Source: Blepharisma stoltei ATCC 30299
Lineage: Eukaryota > Protista > Ciliophora
Assembly (NCBI GenBank): GCA_965603825.1
Contig: CBFDEM010000061.1
Coordinates: forward strand, 62,001 to 126,000
Reading direction: 5' to 3'
Length of the DNA stretch: 64,000 nt
Position 1 is the first letter of the stretch, and each line of letters opens with the position of its first letter. Position numbers and translations under genes: made by a program. The notes below the pieces were generated by a model, which saw only the letters and a list, made by a program, of their open reading frames with translations, had not been told where the DNA came from and ran no database searches. Of this stretch, positions 62,201 to 64,000 are shown in pieces.

Positions 62201-64000
62201 CCAGTCCCATCAGGAACTGCATTTGTAATACAAGTCAAGCAGGAATTCGCCCCTGTGAACGCTGTGCAGGTGGCGCATTCTTTCATCTTGCATAATCTAC
62301 AAGTATCAGAATTTCTGCATCCTTTCAAACAATTTGCTCTGCAATTTGTGCAGGCAGAACCATTAAAATATTGTGATAACGGACAGCCATCCAAGCAGGT
62401 AAAATCAGCAGGGCATTTAGGGCAGCTATTACTGCATCCAACTGTTGTAAAATCGCTTAATGCGAATCCGCTTTGGCAGTAGATTTTTAATGTCCATAAA
62501 AATCCAGAAAATCCTAAATCATAATGTCCAATATACATAGAGCCTGATTGGCTGTCTAAAAGATAAAGAGGAGTCGCTGTTGTTGCCGCAATTAAATTAG
62601 CCCCATTAGTCCAAGTTTTTATCGTTGTTGTCCCAGCAGCATTAATTTTGCACTCAAACGATACAAAAAATCACCCCTGATTCAGCAGATAGGTAGTCCC
62701 TATAACAGAAATCGTCGTTGTTGTGTCTGATAACAACAGAGAAAGCTTAGCATACCCTGAGTTTAAAATCTGTACAAACCATTGGGTTGTTGACACATAT
62801 TTAGTTATCACAAGTCCAGCCGCAGTCGGTTTTATCCACATTCCAATTGAAAAAGTCGGAGCAAGCATAAAAGTTGTCTTTAAATAGGTATTGTAATCAA
62901 AATAATACCCTCTCAAATATGCAGGATGAGGGTCGTTGGCATCATATGTAGGATATGTATTAACATTTGACAACCCTACGTTTACTCCTGAAATAGTGTC
63001 AAGGAGAATATTATTAGAAAAAGAAAGCCCATAAGTAGTAGAAGAAAGGGTACAAGAATTCGTGGCAGAGTTGGGAAGGTAGCCTCATGGGCATTCAGAT
63101 AAACACTGGATGTTTAAAAAATAAAAGCCACTTTTGCAGCTTGTGCATTGGTGGTAGCCACTTCCTGTACAAGTTTTGCAGCCAGTATAGCAGGCAGAGC
63201 AGATAGCTTGGTTTATAGGCTGATAAAAGCCAGGGTCACATGTACATGGAGTTCCAGAAGCATTAGAAATGCATAATGTGCAAGAATTAGATGCAAAAGA
63301 TGAGCATTGGGAGCATAAAAAATCGTCACAGATATAGCAAGATGTCCCTCTAGTACAGCCTATTGTGCATGACCCTAGACAGGTTTTACAAGTGCTTCCA
63401 TCATAATAATGAGCATAATCACATGGCCATAGAGTTGTGCCTGCACTTGTATATACAGTATAAGATGCTGAAAAATCTGTAACAGTCGTTCCTCATAGCT
63501 GAAAATAGCTAATAAATCCATTAAAATTTGGTGAGCCCTTTCCTATATATAAAGTTCCACCATCTGCTAATCTGAATACATAATCTGTGACTGTAACTGC
63601 AGTTCCAGCGACATTATTAATATATGGCGTTAAAGTTGTAGCTTTATTAGCAAAGCCAACTGAATAAGAAACATAGTTCCAGGTGTTTAAGGTTATAGAT
63701 TTTGATGCTGAGTTGCTTGCGGATGTCCCGTCTCATTTTTCTAAATCAAAATTAATAGTCCCACTTAAGCTGATAGTAAGCTTATTACTGCTATGGCTAA
63801 TTATAGTCCCTGAAACAGCAAAAACCCAAATCCCCATGCTCCAAGTATTAGAAAGATTTATAGACCCAGCTAAAAACTGGTTAGAATTAAAATAAAGGCC
63901 TCTATTTTTTGCTGGAAATGGGTCATCTATCTCAGGAGAGTTTCAATAATTATAGCTGCTAGAGCTTGTCCCAGTATTAAACACAGACCCATAAACTCCA
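56233..64000 (-). CDS. Giant-family paralog H (5' end outside window; >2,580 aa; 6 LamG-like modules visible; TM domain)
   Basis: Twelve ORF fragments from 62671-62973 down to 56233-56496 share one frame. The frame is still open at the window edge (GVYGSVFNTGTSSSSYNYWNSPE). Ends TAA at 56233. Confidence 0.87.

Noticed and set aside
443-63895. Dozens of short antisense or alternate-frame ORFs in the track (e.g. 443-694, 3029-3274, 27583-27882, 44765-45133, 62192-62482)
   Set aside because: They lie within the giant or Kelch/TPR genes on other frames or strands and have no motifs of their own. They are shadows of the true frame.
1-64000. Bacterial (Mycoplasma-type) or mitochondrial origin suggested by TGA=Trp
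   Set aside because: The content is eukaryotic secreted furin-like Cys-rich proteins and tandem B-box/Kelch/TPR families. No operon, respiratory or ribosomal genes were seen.
1-64000. TGA=Cys/Sec (Euplotes-type) or fully ambiguous stops (Condylostoma-type)
   Set aside because: TGA alternates with TGG at Trp columns, not with Cys columns. TAA/TAG are essentially absent inside the long frames and occur mainly in copies with other lesions.

Overview
This is AT-rich eukaryotic DNA in which TGA encodes Trp and TAA/TAG are stops. That code and the gene content best fit the somatic (macronuclear) genome of a heterotrich ciliate such as Blepharisma; the organism assignment is an inference. Most ORF-track fragments are pieces of larger genes cut at TGA. 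Re-read with TGA=Trp, the window holds two interleaved tandem families. (1) Seven giant paralogous surface proteins (about 1,800 to 3,000 aa): signal peptide, 3 to 7+ repeats of [LamG/concanavalin-like domain + furin-like Cys-rich linker], an Ig-like segment, and an ~8-9 TM C-terminal domain resembling the TRP_C/FLC-Pkd2 type. Six are uninterrupted within the window (two run off its edges), one is a pseudogene, and there is an orphan C-terminal fragment. The paralogs differ by in-frame gain or loss of ~2.05-2.2 kb module pairs and show patchy gene-conversion-like tracts. (2) A central cluster with three stand-alone Kelch-like genes and two disrupted zinc-finger/coiled-coil/Kelch/TPR genes, with variation concentrated in propeller loops. 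Other items: a GC-rich, TA-bounded 56-bp palindrome inserted in frame in the pseudogene (IES/MITE-like), an exact 57-bp intragenic duplication, and a decayed alpha/beta-hydrolase gene. No rRNA, tRNA or CRISPR was recognised. All alignments were done by eye.
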